Numbered from the stretch's first letter, positions 39,795 to 49,594 are shown. The stretch is 64,000 nucleotides of DNA from an uncultured Sphingobacteriales bacterium (GCA_964542585.1 CAZIUI010000002.1:12117-76116), one strand, 5' to 3'. The notes: generated from the letters alone by a model not told the origin. Numbers and translations are program-made.

Positions 39795-40592
39795 ATGATA
39801 TCAAAAAAAACCCTTGTAGCCATTTGCCTTTTTGTTTTTTCATTAAACTTAGCTCGCTCACAGGATATTGAAGCTGGAATAATGGTTGGCCCCTCCAACT
39901 ACAGTGGAGATTTAACAGCAGATAGACTTACCTTTTCGGAAACTCAGCCTGCTGCCGGTCTTCTTTTCAGGTACTACTTTTCTCCTAAGTTTAATTTAAA
40001 AGCTTCTTTGTCTTATGCCAGGGTTTCCGGTGATGATGAGAATTATGACGATATAAATTTTCGGGAAAAAAGAAATTTAAGTTTTAAAAGCAACATTTTT
40101 GAGGCCTCCATTCAAGGAGAATATAATATACTACCCTATATAAGCAATACCAAAGAATACAATTGGTCTCCCTATGTTTTCGGCGGTGTTGCCCTTTATC
40201 GTTTTAATCCGAAAGCGGATTTTCAAGGTTCTACAGTAGACCTAGCAGATTTTACTACCGAAGGTGAAGATTATAGCCTAACACAACTGGCCATTCCATT
40301 TGGCGTAGGGATAAAATATAGCATTGGCAATCGATGGAATATTGGCTTAGAAATCGGTGCGCGTAAGCTTTTCACTGATTATTTGGATGATGTGAGTGAT
40401 GAGTATGTTCAGCTTAGTGGTCAAGCCGCTGACATTGCCGATCGTTCAGATGAGTTAGTCCAATTTAACCAAGAACAATTTTCACCTGGTAATACCCGGG
40501 GAAATTCAAGTAACAAGGATTGGTATGGGATAGCTGGCTTTACCATCACTAAGACCTTCCGTAGCAGTGGATGTACAAAAGATTTTTATTAA
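39795..40592 (+). CDS. DUF6089-like outer-membrane beta-barrel protein, paralogue 1 of 5
   Basis: A signal peptide is followed by the shared motifs GPSNYSGDL, ARVSGDDENY, RNLSFKSNIFEASIQGEYN, LTQLAIPFGVGIKYSI and FTDYLDDVS, and a C-terminal Cys-containing tail (SSGCTKDFY). Confidence 0.7.
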   Translation: MISKKTLVAICLFVFSLNLARSQDIEAGIMVGPSNYSGDLTADRLTFSETQPAAGLLFRYYFSPKFNLKASLSYARVSGDDENYDDINFREKRNLSFKSNIFEASIQGEYNILPYISNTKEYNWSPYVFGGVALYRFNPKADFQGSTVDLADFTTEGEDYSLTQLAIPFGVGIKYSIGNRWNIGLEIGARKLFTDYLDDVSDEYVQLSGQAADIADRSDELVQFNQEQFSPGNTRGNSSNKDWYGIAGFTITKTFRSSGCTKDFY

Positions 40593-40632
40593 TTTTCGTC
40601 CTTTAATTACCTTAAGGATGACGCTGCTACTT

Positions 40633-41460
40633 ATGAAAAGACTTGTAATAATTCTAGGGCTGTGCCTCCCAATATCAGGAGCTGCGCAAGATTGGGAATT
40701 TGGAATATTTGCAGGTGCTCCGTTTTACACAGGTGAGCTTACCAATGATAAGCCTATTGTTCTAAGCGAAACCAAGCCGGGTTTTGGAGGTTTCGCCAGG
40801 TATAATGTTAACAAGTACTTCACTATCAAATCAAACGTTTATTACGGGACCATCAGTGGTGATGATGCTAATGCTTCATCCCGTTCGGATCGTATTCGTA
40901 ACCTTAGTTTTCGATCCGACATTCTCGATTTAGGTGTGCAAGGAGAATTTAATTTTTCTGGTTTTAATACCTTGAAAGAAAACCTAAGGTCCTCCTTTTA
41001 TGGCCTTTTAGGTGTTTCTGTTTTCAGATTCAATCCTGAAGCTAAATTCAATGGGAAGTGGTATGAACTTCAACAGTTAGGAACGGAAGGGCAGGGGACA
41101 GCTAAATTCAACGAGCGAGATCCTTACGCATTGACCCAAATAGCCATTCCTTTCGGAGTCGGGTTTAAGCACGCAATTAATAAGCATTGGGTTATTGGAT
41201 TTGAAGTAGGTTTCAGGTACACTTTCACTGATTACATAGATGATGTGAGCAAAACTTATGTTAGCCCGAGCATTCTAAGAGGGACCAACGGTGAAATTTC
41301 TCCACAGCTTTCCAACAGGACAGGGGAAGTCCTGGAGGATGGTCGTAAAGAATTAAATTCTCAAGACCAAAGAGGTGATCCCACCACCAATGATGCCTAT
41401 CATTTTGTTGGTTTAACGCTTTCTTACACCGTGATCCCAGACAATTGTTTTAAATTCTAA
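40633..41460 (+). CDS. DUF6089-like outer-membrane beta-barrel protein, paralogue 2 of 5
   Basis: The same motif set is present (GAPFYTGELT, GTISGDDANAS, RNLSFRSDILDLGVQGEFN, LGTEGQGT, LTQIAIPFGVGFKHAI, FTDYIDDVS, C-terminal DNCFKF). The ORF track starts at 40567 and overlaps paralogue 1. I chose the ATG at 40633 because it gives the signal peptide MKRLVIILGLCLPISGAAQ. Confidence 0.65.
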   Translation: MKRLVIILGLCLPISGAAQDWEFGIFAGAPFYTGELTNDKPIVLSETKPGFGGFARYNVNKYFTIKSNVYYGTISGDDANASSRSDRIRNLSFRSDILDLGVQGEFNFSGFNTLKENLRSSFYGLLGVSVFRFNPEAKFNGKWYELQQLGTEGQGTAKFNERDPYALTQIAIPFGVGFKHAINKHWVIGFEVGFRYTFTDYIDDVSKTYVSPSILRGTNGEISPQLSNRTGEVLEDGRKELNSQDQRGDPTTNDAYHFVGLTLSYTVIPDNCFKF

Positions 41461-41496
41461 TCCAGGGAATTGGTTGCTTATTTAAATTAGTGTACT

Positions 41497-42327
41497 ATGA
41501 AAAAAAACTTGTTACTCCTAGTTTTATTCTTAGCGATTCCATTTTTTGGCCTTAGCCAGCATTGGTCCTTTGGCATTTTTGCGGGAGGATCCAATTATAA
41601 TGGAGAACTGAATGCAGCCCAGCCGGTTTTTTTGGAAGAAACGCACCCTAGTTTTGGAGTTTTAGGACGTTACAGTTTCTCGCCTTACGTAAGCGCAAAA
41701 GGTAGCCTAACATACGGCCGCATAAGTGGGAACGATGAGAACAATTCAGCCCCAAGCCGTGTGCAAGGGAGAAATTTAAGCTTTCGATCAGATATTTTTG
41801 AGGCCAGCCTTCAAGCTGAAATAAATATATTTGGTTTTGACCCAACTGACAATGATCATCATTTTGCCTTATATCTTTTGGGAGGGATTTCGGTCTACCA
41901 TTTCAATCCCCAATCAAAATATCAAGGAGAATGGTATGATTTACAAAATCTAGGAACTGAAGGTCAGGGAACTGACCGGTTCCCTAATAGAGAAAAATAT
42001 AGCCTGACTCAGGTGTCGTTTCCCGCAGGAGGCGGTATCAAGTATGCAATAAATCACAATTGGAGTTTAGGTATTGAATTTGGGGCAAGAAAAACCCTTA
42101 CGGATTACCTGGATGATGTCAGCCGAACCTACGCACCGCAGAGCGTTTTTGACGGCCCGGATGATCCCGCTTATCGGCTTTCTAACAGGACTTGGGAAAG
42201 CTTTGATGAAGCCAAAGATTATGGGGCTAATAACAGAAGGGGGAACCCGGAAACATCAGATTGGTACATGTTTGGTGGTATAACCTTGACCTACACTATA
42301 GCCGGCCCTCATTGTCAAGGTTTTTAA
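41497..42327 (+). CDS. DUF6089-like outer-membrane beta-barrel protein, paralogue 3 of 5
   Basis: The signal peptide is MKKNLLLLVLFLAIPFFGLSQ. Motifs GGSNYNGELN, GRISGNDENNS, RNLSFRSDIFEASLQAEIN, LGTEGQGT, LTQVSFPAGGGIKYAI and LTDYLDDVS are present, with a C-terminal PHCQGF. Confidence 0.7.
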   Translation: MKKNLLLLVLFLAIPFFGLSQHWSFGIFAGGSNYNGELNAAQPVFLEETHPSFGVLGRYSFSPYVSAKGSLTYGRISGNDENNSAPSRVQGRNLSFRSDIFEASLQAEINIFGFDPTDNDHHFALYLLGGISVYHFNPQSKYQGEWYDLQNLGTEGQGTDRFPNREKYSLTQVSFPAGGGIKYAINHNWSLGIEFGARKTLTDYLDDVSRTYAPQSVFDGPDDPAYRLSNRTWESFDEAKDYGANNRRGNPETSDWYMFGGITLTYTIAGPHCQGF

Positions 42328-42411
42328 TAAACTATCTAAAATCAAGTCTTATGTTATTTTAACTTTTTTTTGAATATCATCACTTGGCTTTTACATAAAA
42401 GTTAAAATAAA

Positions 42412-42449
42412 AAAGGCTTTGTTTATTTTCATTGAAAAGCCTTTTCTTT
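42412..42449 (+). terminator. Intrinsic terminator inside the paralogue array, between copies 3 and 4
   Basis: A perfect 9-bp stem AAAGGCTTT / AAAGCCTTT encloses a 14-nt loop and is followed by TTCTTTG. Confidence 0.55.
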
Positions 42450-42477
42450 GTATTAAAGGAACAAAGGCTTTCAATTT

Positions 42478-43311
42478 ATGAGGCGCATATGCTTTATTTT
42501 TCTCCTCATTGTAATGCCATGCATCACCAAAGGGCAAAATTGGGAATTGGGTGCTACTATAGGCGGTGCCAACTATAATGGTGAGCTTGCACCTGTTGAT
42601 CCTGTCGTTCTCAAAGAAACCAAACTATCAATTGGTGCTTTTGCGAAGTATTCCATTTCAGAAAGGATAAAGGTGAAAGGCACCATTACCTACGCTACTA
42701 TTAGTGGGGATGATGCAAATTACAACACACCAAGGCTCCGCAAAAGGCGAAACCTGGACTTTAAGTCTCCCATTTTTGAAATAGGAGTTCTAGGTGAATA
42801 CCACTTTTGGAAGATCAATGAAAGTTTTCGTAAGCCAACCACTTCCTTTTATGGTGTCACGGGTATAGCGTTGTTCAATTTTAATCCTAAAGCAAAATTC
42901 GAAGGAGAATTAGTAGAACTTCAACCCCTAGGGACCGAAGGACAAGGAACCTCAGCATTTCCGGATCGTGAAAAGTATAGCTTAACCCAAATCTCCATTC
43001 CTATTGGGGCTGGTATAACTCACTCATTAAGCGACCACTTAAATATTGGGGTGGAAGTAGCCTTTAGGAAGACATTTACCGACTACTTGGATGATGTTAG
43101 CAAAACGTATGCTCCGAAGGATGCTTTGATAAGTCGTTATGGGGAAATCTCTTACCGGCTTTCGAATAGAACCTGGGAAACGAACGATCAGGCACTTGAT
43201 AAAGCGAACTCACGCAGGGGCAACCCAGAAACGGAAGACTGGTACTACTTTGGAGGTATAACTTTATCCTACACCTTTAAAGAAAACAAATGTCCGGGGT
43301 TCGGTAAGTAA
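42478..43311 (+). CDS. DUF6089-like outer-membrane beta-barrel protein, paralogue 4 of 5
   Basis: A signal peptide and motifs GGANYNGELA, ATISGDDANYN, RNLDFKSPIFEIGVLGEYH, LGTEGQGT, LTQISIPIGAGITHSL and FTDYLDDVS are present, with a C-terminal NKCPGFGK. Confidence 0.7.
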   Translation: MRRICFIFLLIVMPCITKGQNWELGATIGGANYNGELAPVDPVVLKETKLSIGAFAKYSISERIKVKGTITYATISGDDANYNTPRLRKRRNLDFKSPIFEIGVLGEYHFWKINESFRKPTTSFYGVTGIALFNFNPKAKFEGELVELQPLGTEGQGTSAFPDREKYSLTQISIPIGAGITHSLSDHLNIGVEVAFRKTFTDYLDDVSKTYAPKDALISRYGEISYRLSNRTWETNDQALDKANSRRGNPETEDWYYFGGITLSYTFKENKCPGFGK

Positions 43312-43393
43312 AATAATTCAAAAGCAATTCCAGAACGGGAAGGATATTATCAAGCGTACAATAAGAAGCGGGGATAAGCAGTTTTTAACAAGT

Positions 43394-44206
43394 ATGAGAT
43401 TCACCTTTTTGTACCTGTTAACTTTGCTCCTAAGCATGGGATGTTTTAGCTATGTTCAAGGGCAAAATTGGGAAGGTGGTCTGTTTGTAGGAGCAAGTAA
43501 TTACAAAGGCGACCTTGCCCCAAATGTTGTCCCTGGTGAAACTCACCCTGCTATTGGAGTTTTTGTAAAGCGAAACCTTAGTCCATTCTTCTCCTTTGCG
43601 CTTACGGCAAAACAAGGGACCATTTCTGGAGACGATGAAAATTTTAGTCATTTAGAAGATCGAAACCTTTCTTTCGAATCTAATCTTACGGAAGTTAGCG
43701 CTATTATTGAATTTAATTTTTTTCCATTTCTGAAAGGATTGGGAGCTGATCAATTTACGCCCTACGTCTACTCCGGTTTTGCTTTTTATCGTTTTGAACC
43801 AACGACCACTATTAACGGTCAAACTTTTGATTTAAAGGATCTTAGGACAGAAGGACAGGGAACCAGAAGTGATGGCCCTGGTAATTACAGTAAATTGCAA
43901 CCAGCTATTCCCATTGGAGGAGGATTTAAACTACAGCTCAACCGCAGGCTAAACTTGACTCTTAAGCTTGGTTATCGGGCAACTTTTACAGATTTCCTAG
44001 ATGACGTAAGTACTGACTATCCTTCAAAAGACATATTAGCTAGTGCTAAAGGAGACCGGGCTGTTAGCCTAAGCGATAGAAGTGTTGATGAATGGTACAC
44101 CGGAAAAGGAAAACAGCGCGGAAATTCCCAAAATAACGACTGGTACCTATTTACGGGTTTTACTTTTTCATATAACATCAAAAACCCGGAATGCTATGAG
44201 TTTTAA
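43394..44206 (+). CDS. DUF6089-like outer-membrane beta-barrel protein, paralogue 5 of 5, the most divergent
   Basis: A signal peptide and motifs GASNYKGDLA, GTISGDDENFS, RNLSFESNLTEVSAIIEFN, RTEGQGT and FTDFLDDVS are present, with a C-terminal PECYEF. Confidence 0.65.
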   Translation: MRFTFLYLLTLLLSMGCFSYVQGQNWEGGLFVGASNYKGDLAPNVVPGETHPAIGVFVKRNLSPFFSFALTAKQGTISGDDENFSHLEDRNLSFESNLTEVSAIIEFNFFPFLKGLGADQFTPYVYSGFAFYRFEPTTTINGQTFDLKDLRTEGQGTRSDGPGNYSKLQPAIPIGGGFKLQLNRRLNLTLKLGYRATFTDFLDDVSTDYPSKDILASAKGDRAVSLSDRSVDEWYTGKGKQRGNSQNNDWYLFTGFTFSYNIKNPECYEF

Positions 44207-44226
44207 ACACAAATTTCGAGGTTTCT

Positions 44227-44967
44227 ATGACTGATAAGCGGGAGGAAATCCGTTATGATCATTTGCCTAAGCACATAGCTATCATAATGGATGGCAATGG
44301 AAGGTGGGCCAAAGAGCAAGGGGAAAATAGAATTTTCGGTCATAATCATGGAGTAACAGCAGTTAGAAATACAGCCGAGGCATGTGCTGAAGTAGGGATT
44401 GATTATTTAACCTTGTATGCGTTTTCCAGCGAGAACTGGAACCGGCCTGAACAGGAGGTGAATGCCTTGATGGATCTTTTGATCCAAACTATCCGCAGCG
44501 AAATGAAAACCTTACAGGATAACAACATTTCGCTTTCTGCCATTGGAAATTTAAACCAACTGCCAGAAGCTTGTCATACCAGTTTAGAAAGTGCTATTAA
44601 AGAAACCCAAGACAATACTGGACTAACCCTAAACCTTGCCCTTAGCTACAGTGGGAAATGGGATATAACAAAAGCAACAAAACAAATTGCCGGAGCAGTC
44701 AAAAGAGGGGAAATAGAACCAGATCAGATCGATGAATCGCTTATTGAGCAACACCTGACTACAGCTAATGTGCCAGATCCAGCTCTCCTGATTCGTACAA
44801 GCGGGGAAACCAGGGTTAGTAACTTTTTACTCTGGGAATTGGCTTATACAGAGTTATACTTTTTTAAGAAAAACTGGCCCGAATTTGAAAAAGCAGACCT
44901 TTTTCAAGCTATAATAGACTACCAAAACCGGGAACGCCGTTTTGGAATGATCAGCGAACAAATATAA
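44227..44967 (+). CDS. uppS: Isoprenyl transferase (undecaprenyl-diphosphate synthase)
   Basis: HIAIIMDGNGRWAKEQG and the C-terminal RFG motif are present. Confidence 0.9.
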   Translation: MTDKREEIRYDHLPKHIAIIMDGNGRWAKEQGENRIFGHNHGVTAVRNTAEACAEVGIDYLTLYAFSSENWNRPEQEVNALMDLLIQTIRSEMKTLQDNNISLSAIGNLNQLPEACHTSLESAIKETQDNTGLTLNLALSYSGKWDITKATKQIAGAVKRGEIEPDQIDESLIEQHLTTANVPDPALLIRTSGETRVSNFLLWELAYTELYFFKKNWPEFEKADLFQAIIDYQNRERRFGMISEQI

Positions 44968-44975
44968 CTAACCAG

Positions 44976-47483
44976 ATGATGAAGGCCGCGCACGGAATCC
45001 TGATAACTATTAGCTTTTGTTTTTTAGTATGTATACAACCTGATTTTGCAAAAGCTCAGGATGACTCTTCTGAAGTTAACAATGATATCATCCTGGATTA
45101 CCAAACACCTGCCACCTATAACCTCGCAGGAATATCGATAAAAGGTAACGGCCGCATAAACCGGAATGTAATAATTGCCTACACAGGTTTGCAAGTGGGC
45201 CAAGAAATAAAAGTTCCCGGTGATGAAATAGCCGATGCTATCAAAAATTTATGGAAGCAAGATTTATTCAAAGATGTAGCCATCAAAATCAATAAAGTTG
45301 ACCAAATAGAAGACAAAATATACTTACTTATAGACCTTAAGACCAGGCCGCGGCTTCGCCAGTTTAAAATAAATGGTGTTTCTCAAAATGAAGCCTCTGA
45401 TATCCGTGAGAGGATTAAACTTGTACGGGGCGATATTATCACTAAACAATTGATAAGGTCCATTAAAGAAAAGATTAAAAGTTATTTCAACAGTGAGGGA
45501 TACATGAGTGCGGAGATTTCAATAAGGGGTAAGGATGAAAGTTTGTTTTCCTCTCCTAATAGCACAATGATCATTGATATCAATAAAGGAGAAAAAGTTA
45601 AAATTAAAGATATAACATTTTCAGGTAATCAAGCTTTTGATGATGGTAAGTTAAGGAGTCAACTTGAAAACACGAATAGAAAAACTATCCTCAACCTCTT
45701 TAAGTCATCGAAATTTATACCTTCAAAATATAAAAAAGATAAAGAAAAATTAATCAAATTTTACCAAAACCATGGTTACAGGGACGCTAAAATTGTAAGC
45801 GACAGCACATATCTGGTAGAAGATGATAGAGTAAAAATTCATATTGATCTAAAGGAGGGAAATCAATACTATTTTGGCGATATAACTTTTCAAGGTAATA
45901 CGGAATACAGTTCGAAATTTCTCAGTTCCGTGCTTAACATTGAAAAAGGAGAGGTTTACTCGCCTAAAAAGCTCCAAACGAACCTACGATTCAATAAGAG
46001 AGGCTTAGATATCTCCTCTTTATACATGGACAATGGTTTCTTGTTTTTTAACGTCAAGCCCGTTGAAACCAACCTTTACCAAGATACGGTAGATATTCAG
46101 ATTCGTATCAAGGAAGGTAAACAAGCTACCATTGATGAGATTACCGTTAGTGGGAACACCAAAACCAGTGACCACGTAATTTTAAGGGAATTAAGAACAA
46201 GACCTGGAGATAAGTTTAGCCGCTCTGATATTATCCGATCAAGAAGAGAACTTTCGAGGTTAGGATATTTCGATGCCAAAAAAATTAGTATAACTCCTAA
46301 ACCAAACCCTGAAGAAGGAACAGTTGATATCAACTACGATGTAGTAGAAAAACCGAGTGATCAGCTACAGTTACAAGGAGGCTGGGGTGCTGGCCAATTA
46401 GTAGGTAGCGTAGGTATTCAATTCAACAACTTCTCCTTAGATAAAATCGATAACCTGGACGCCTGGCGTCCATTGCCGGCTGGAGATGGCCAAAAATTAA
46501 GCCTAAGGGCGACTTCCAATGGACCTCGTTACAGTTCCATCAACTTCTCATTCACCGAGCCTTGGTTTGGTGGCCATAAACCTAACTCTTTAACGGTTGG
46601 TGCTTTTTATTCCGTTCAGGCCACAGGTGGCTTCAATAGTTCCAGCAGAAGGTCACTTGAAATCTTGGGGGCTAATATTGGCTTGGGTAAACGCCTCCAA
46701 TATCCCGATAATTATTTCACCCTTAATAACACGTTAGAATTCCAGCAGTATCAGTTAAATGATTACCGAGCCCTTCCCCTGGACTTCACAAATGGCACCT
46801 CGTATACCATTAGCCTTAAGCACAAAATATCCCGTAACTCAGTCAATCGCAAAATTTATCCTACAGCCGGTTCTGAATTTTCGTTATCGCTCAAATACAC
46901 GCCACCGGTTTCAGCTTTTACCAATTTGAACTACAATGAGGTATCAGCCCAGCGTAAGTTTAAGTGGATTGAATTTCACAAATGGAAATTTAAAGCATCT
47001 TACTTCCTTAACTTAGGAGGCGACCTGGTATTAAATCCACGAGCCGATTTTGGTTATCTAGGCTTCTATAACAACGATATTGGGATTACACCTTTTGAAC
47101 GATTTTACGTAGGAGGTGATGGCCTCCAGGGTTTTCAGCTTGATGGCCGAGAACTAATTCGTCTTCGCGGATATCAGCAAGATGCCCTTAGCCCAAGGCA
47201 AGGAGCTAACGTTTTTAACAAGCTTACGATGGAACTCAGGTACCCTGTCATACAAAAAAGATCGGCTACTATTTACTTTTTAGGGTTTTTAGAGGCCGGC
47301 AATAGCTGGTTAGGAATTGATAAATTTACCCCTTCTGAAATTCATCGCTCTGCAGGAGGTGGTATAAGGGTTTTCTTACCTATGTTTGGGCTTTTAGGAG
47401 TTGATTGGGGTTATGGTTTTGACTATGAAAATGTACAGAGCAAACCGGGCCAGATACACATTTCAATTGGCCAAAGGTTTTAA
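44976..47483 (+). CDS. bamA: Outer-membrane protein assembly factor BamA
   Basis: The product is 835 aa with a signal peptide, POTRA repeats and an Omp85 barrel ending ...HISIGQRF. It directly follows uppS, as in the conserved cluster. Confidence 0.88.
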   Translation: MMKAAHGILITISFCFLVCIQPDFAKAQDDSSEVNNDIILDYQTPATYNLAGISIKGNGRINRNVIIAYTGLQVGQEIKVPGDEIADAIKNLWKQDLFKDVAIKINKVDQIEDKIYLLIDLKTRPRLRQFKINGVSQNEASDIRERIKLVRGDIITKQLIRSIKEKIKSYFNSEGYMSAEISIRGKDESLFSSPNSTMIIDINKGEKVKIKDITFSGNQAFDDGKLRSQLENTNRKTILNLFKSSKFIPSKYKKDKEKLIKFYQNHGYRDAKIVSDSTYLVEDDRVKIHIDLKEGNQYYFGDITFQGNTEYSSKFLSSVLNIEKGEVYSPKKLQTNLRFNKRGLDISSLYMDNGFLFFNVKPVETNLYQDTVDIQIRIKEGKQATIDEITVSGNTKTSDHVILRELRTRPGDKFSRSDIIRSRRELSRLGYFDAKKISITPKPNPEEGTVDINYDVVEKPSDQLQLQGGWGAGQLVGSVGIQFNNFSLDKIDNLDAWRPLPAGDGQKLSLRATSNGPRYSSINFSFTEPWFGGHKPNSLTVGAFYSVQATGGFNSSSRRSLEILGANIGLGKRLQYPDNYFTLNNTLEFQQYQLNDYRALPLDFTNGTSYTISLKHKISRNSVNRKIYPTAGSEFSLSLKYTPPVSAFTNLNYNEVSAQRKFKWIEFHKWKFKASYFLNLGGDLVLNPRADFGYLGFYNNDIGITPFERFYVGGDGLQGFQLDGRELIRLRGYQQDALSPRQGANVFNKLTMELRYPVIQKRSATIYFLGFLEAGNSWLGIDKFTPSEIHRSAGGGIRVFLPMFGLLGVDWGYGFDYENVQSKPGQIHISIGQRF

Positions 47484-47503
47484 TACCCTTAAATACGATC
47501 CCA

Positions 47504-48100
47504 ATGCGTACTTTTATCAAATTTTTGCTTCCACTTGCTTTCATAGCCGGTTTACCTTTCATTAGCAATGCCCAGCGAATAGCATATGTCAATACAGATT
47601 ATATCCTCGAAAACCTTCCCCAATACAAAGCCGCGCAAGACCAACTAGATGATCTTACGAAAAAGTGGAAGAGTGAGATACAACAGCGAGTAAAGGAAAT
47701 TGATAAACTTAACAGTAAATATAAAGCGGAGAAAGTCCTATTGCCAAAGGATGAAAAGCAACAAATGCAGAAACAAATTGCCCAAAAGGAGAAGGCTTTG
47801 AGGAAATACAAGGAAGAAAAATTTGGAGAAGAAGGTAAATTATTTCAGAAAAGAAAGGAACTTGTTAAGCCTATTCAAGACAGAGTCTTTGATGCGGTTC
47901 AGAAATTGGCTAAAGAGCAGTCCCTTGATATCATATTTGATAAAGCTGGTGCTACTACAATGCTTTACACCAATGCAAGGTATGACCGTAGTGACAAAGT
48001 GCTCAAACTCATGGGTATTAATCCGGATAAAAATAAGGATAAGCAGGAAGATGATAAACAAACCCTACCCGATGCTCCAGATGGCCCCGGCGATAATTGA
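47504..48100 (+). CDS. ompH: OmpH/Skp-family periplasmic chaperone, copy 1
   Basis: A signal peptide is followed by IAYVNTDYIL and a K/E/Q-rich coiled coil. Confidence 0.8.
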   Translation: MRTFIKFLLPLAFIAGLPFISNAQRIAYVNTDYILENLPQYKAAQDQLDDLTKKWKSEIQQRVKEIDKLNSKYKAEKVLLPKDEKQQMQKQIAQKEKALRKYKEEKFGEEGKLFQKRKELVKPIQDRVFDAVQKLAKEQSLDIIFDKAGATTMLYTNARYDRSDKVLKLMGINPDKNKDKQEDDKQTLPDAPDGPGDN

Positions 48101-48235
48101 TTATTAGATGCAAAAGATGATACGCAGGGGGTGAAAAAACTACTTGTAGGGGTTTGACTGACAATTAGATTTATAGCTTTTTTTACCTTTGAAATCACAT
48201 TAATATTTTCAACCTAAAATAATCGCAATACAAGC

Positions 48236-48739
48236 ATGAAGCATCTAGTTCGTATTTTTCTCACCCTATTGCTTGGCTCCATTACCTTAAATGCAGCAGG
48301 TCAGAAGCTTGCCCATGTTAATAGAAGTCAGATTCTTCAGAATATGCCTGAAGTCCAAAAGGCACAAAAAAACCTGAAATCTTACAGTAAAGAATTGGAA
48401 ACTCAGGTGCAACAATTATTAAAAGAATATCGAAATAAGACCAAGAACTTCCAGAAAAACCGGAAGTCCATGTCCGTAACTGAACGAAAGGATGAACAGC
48501 GAGCGCTTAAAAGCCTGGAAGAAAGAATTCAAAAGTTCCGGAAAGATGCCCAAAAGCAAGTATCTCAAAAGCGGTCAGAATTACTGAAGCCCATTATGGA
48601 AAATATCAATAATGCCATCCAGGCTATAGCAAAGGAAAAAGGGTATACTTATGTTTTTGATGCTTCTCAGGGATCTGTCCTTTATGCGGAAGAAAGCAGG
48701 AACATCACCCCGTTAGTTAAACAACGGCTAGACATGTAA
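48236..48739 (+). CDS. ompH: OmpH/Skp-family periplasmic chaperone, copy 2
   Basis: A signal peptide is followed by LAHVNRSQIL and a K/E/Q-rich coiled coil. Confidence 0.8.
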   Translation: MKHLVRIFLTLLLGSITLNAAGQKLAHVNRSQILQNMPEVQKAQKNLKSYSKELETQVQQLLKEYRNKTKNFQKNRKSMSVTERKDEQRALKSLEERIQKFRKDAQKQVSQKRSELLKPIMENINNAIQAIAKEKGYTYVFDASQGSVLYAEESRNITPLVKQRLDM

Positions 48740-48746
48740 TTAACTG

Positions 48747-49586
48747 ATGCCAGATAGTCGACCTATAGGTGTCTTCGATTCCGGCATTGGTGGATTAACG
48801 TTGGTTCATGCCCTCGGTAACGCCTTACCTTACGAGCGCATAATTTTTTTTGGTGATACCGCTCACTTACCTTATGGTGACAAGTCTGTTAAGAACATAC
48901 AGGCTTTTGCACAAGAAATTCTGCGTTTTTTTTACCAGCAGAACTGCAAAGCAGTATTGATCGCTTGTAACACCGCGTCTGCAATAGCATACCCCAAGTT
49001 ATTGAAGTCATGGGATTCTTACCTCTTGCTTTTTAATGTCATTGACCCGGTCGTCCGTACTTGCATTCAATTTTATAAACCCCACAATGTAGGGGTAATC
49101 GGTACCAGAAGTACTATTCAATCAAGGTCCTACCCGCGTAAATTTAACCAGTCAGACAGGACAATAGCCGTAACCACTGCCTCTACTCCTTTACTGGCAC
49201 CGATGATTGAAGAGGGATTTTACAACAATAAGATTAGCCATACCCTCATCAGTGCTTACCTGAGTAAAAAACAGTTTGAAGGTATCGAAGCTTTAATCTT
49301 GGGATGTACCCATTATCCTTTAATTAAAACGGAAGTTGAGTCCTTCTACAGAGGTTCAACTCCAGTATTAGATAACATTGACCCTACAGTTAATGAATTA
49401 GTTGGTACCCTTAGTGACAAAGAGATGCTAAACAATGGCTTAGAACCCAATTCAGCCAACCTTAAAACTTTGAACACTTTCTACGTTTCTGACTACACCC
49501 AATCATTTGAGGAAACAGCCAGGCTGTTCTTCGGTGCCTCTGTAAGCCTCCAAAAGTACGACATTTGGGGCTATGATGTGGGCTAA
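48747..49586 (+). CDS. murI: Glutamate racemase
   Basis: IGVFDSGIGGLT and ACNTAS (the catalytic Cys) are present. Confidence 0.88.
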   Translation: MPDSRPIGVFDSGIGGLTLVHALGNALPYERIIFFGDTAHLPYGDKSVKNIQAFAQEILRFFYQQNCKAVLIACNTASAIAYPKLLKSWDSYLLLFNVIDPVVRTCIQFYKPHNVGVIGTRSTIQSRSYPRKFNQSDRTIAVTTASTPLLAPMIEEGFYNNKISHTLISAYLSKKQFEGIEALILGCTHYPLIKTEVESFYRGSTPVLDNIDPTVNELVGTLSDKEMLNNGLEPNSANLKTLNTFYVSDYTQSFEETARLFFGASVSLQKYDIWGYDVG

Positions 49587-49594
49587 TTGATAAA

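Noticed and set aside
40567-40632. Paralogue 2's ORF overlaps paralogue 1 by 26 nt.
   Set aside because: An internal ATG at 40633 yields a proper signal peptide. The overlap is an artefact of the longest ORF.
42328-42477. The AT-rich 150-bp gap inside the paralogue array could be a small RNA or a mobile remnant.
   Set aside because: An intrinsic terminator plus a promoter region for the next paralogue explains it. There are no terminal inverted repeats and no target-site duplication.
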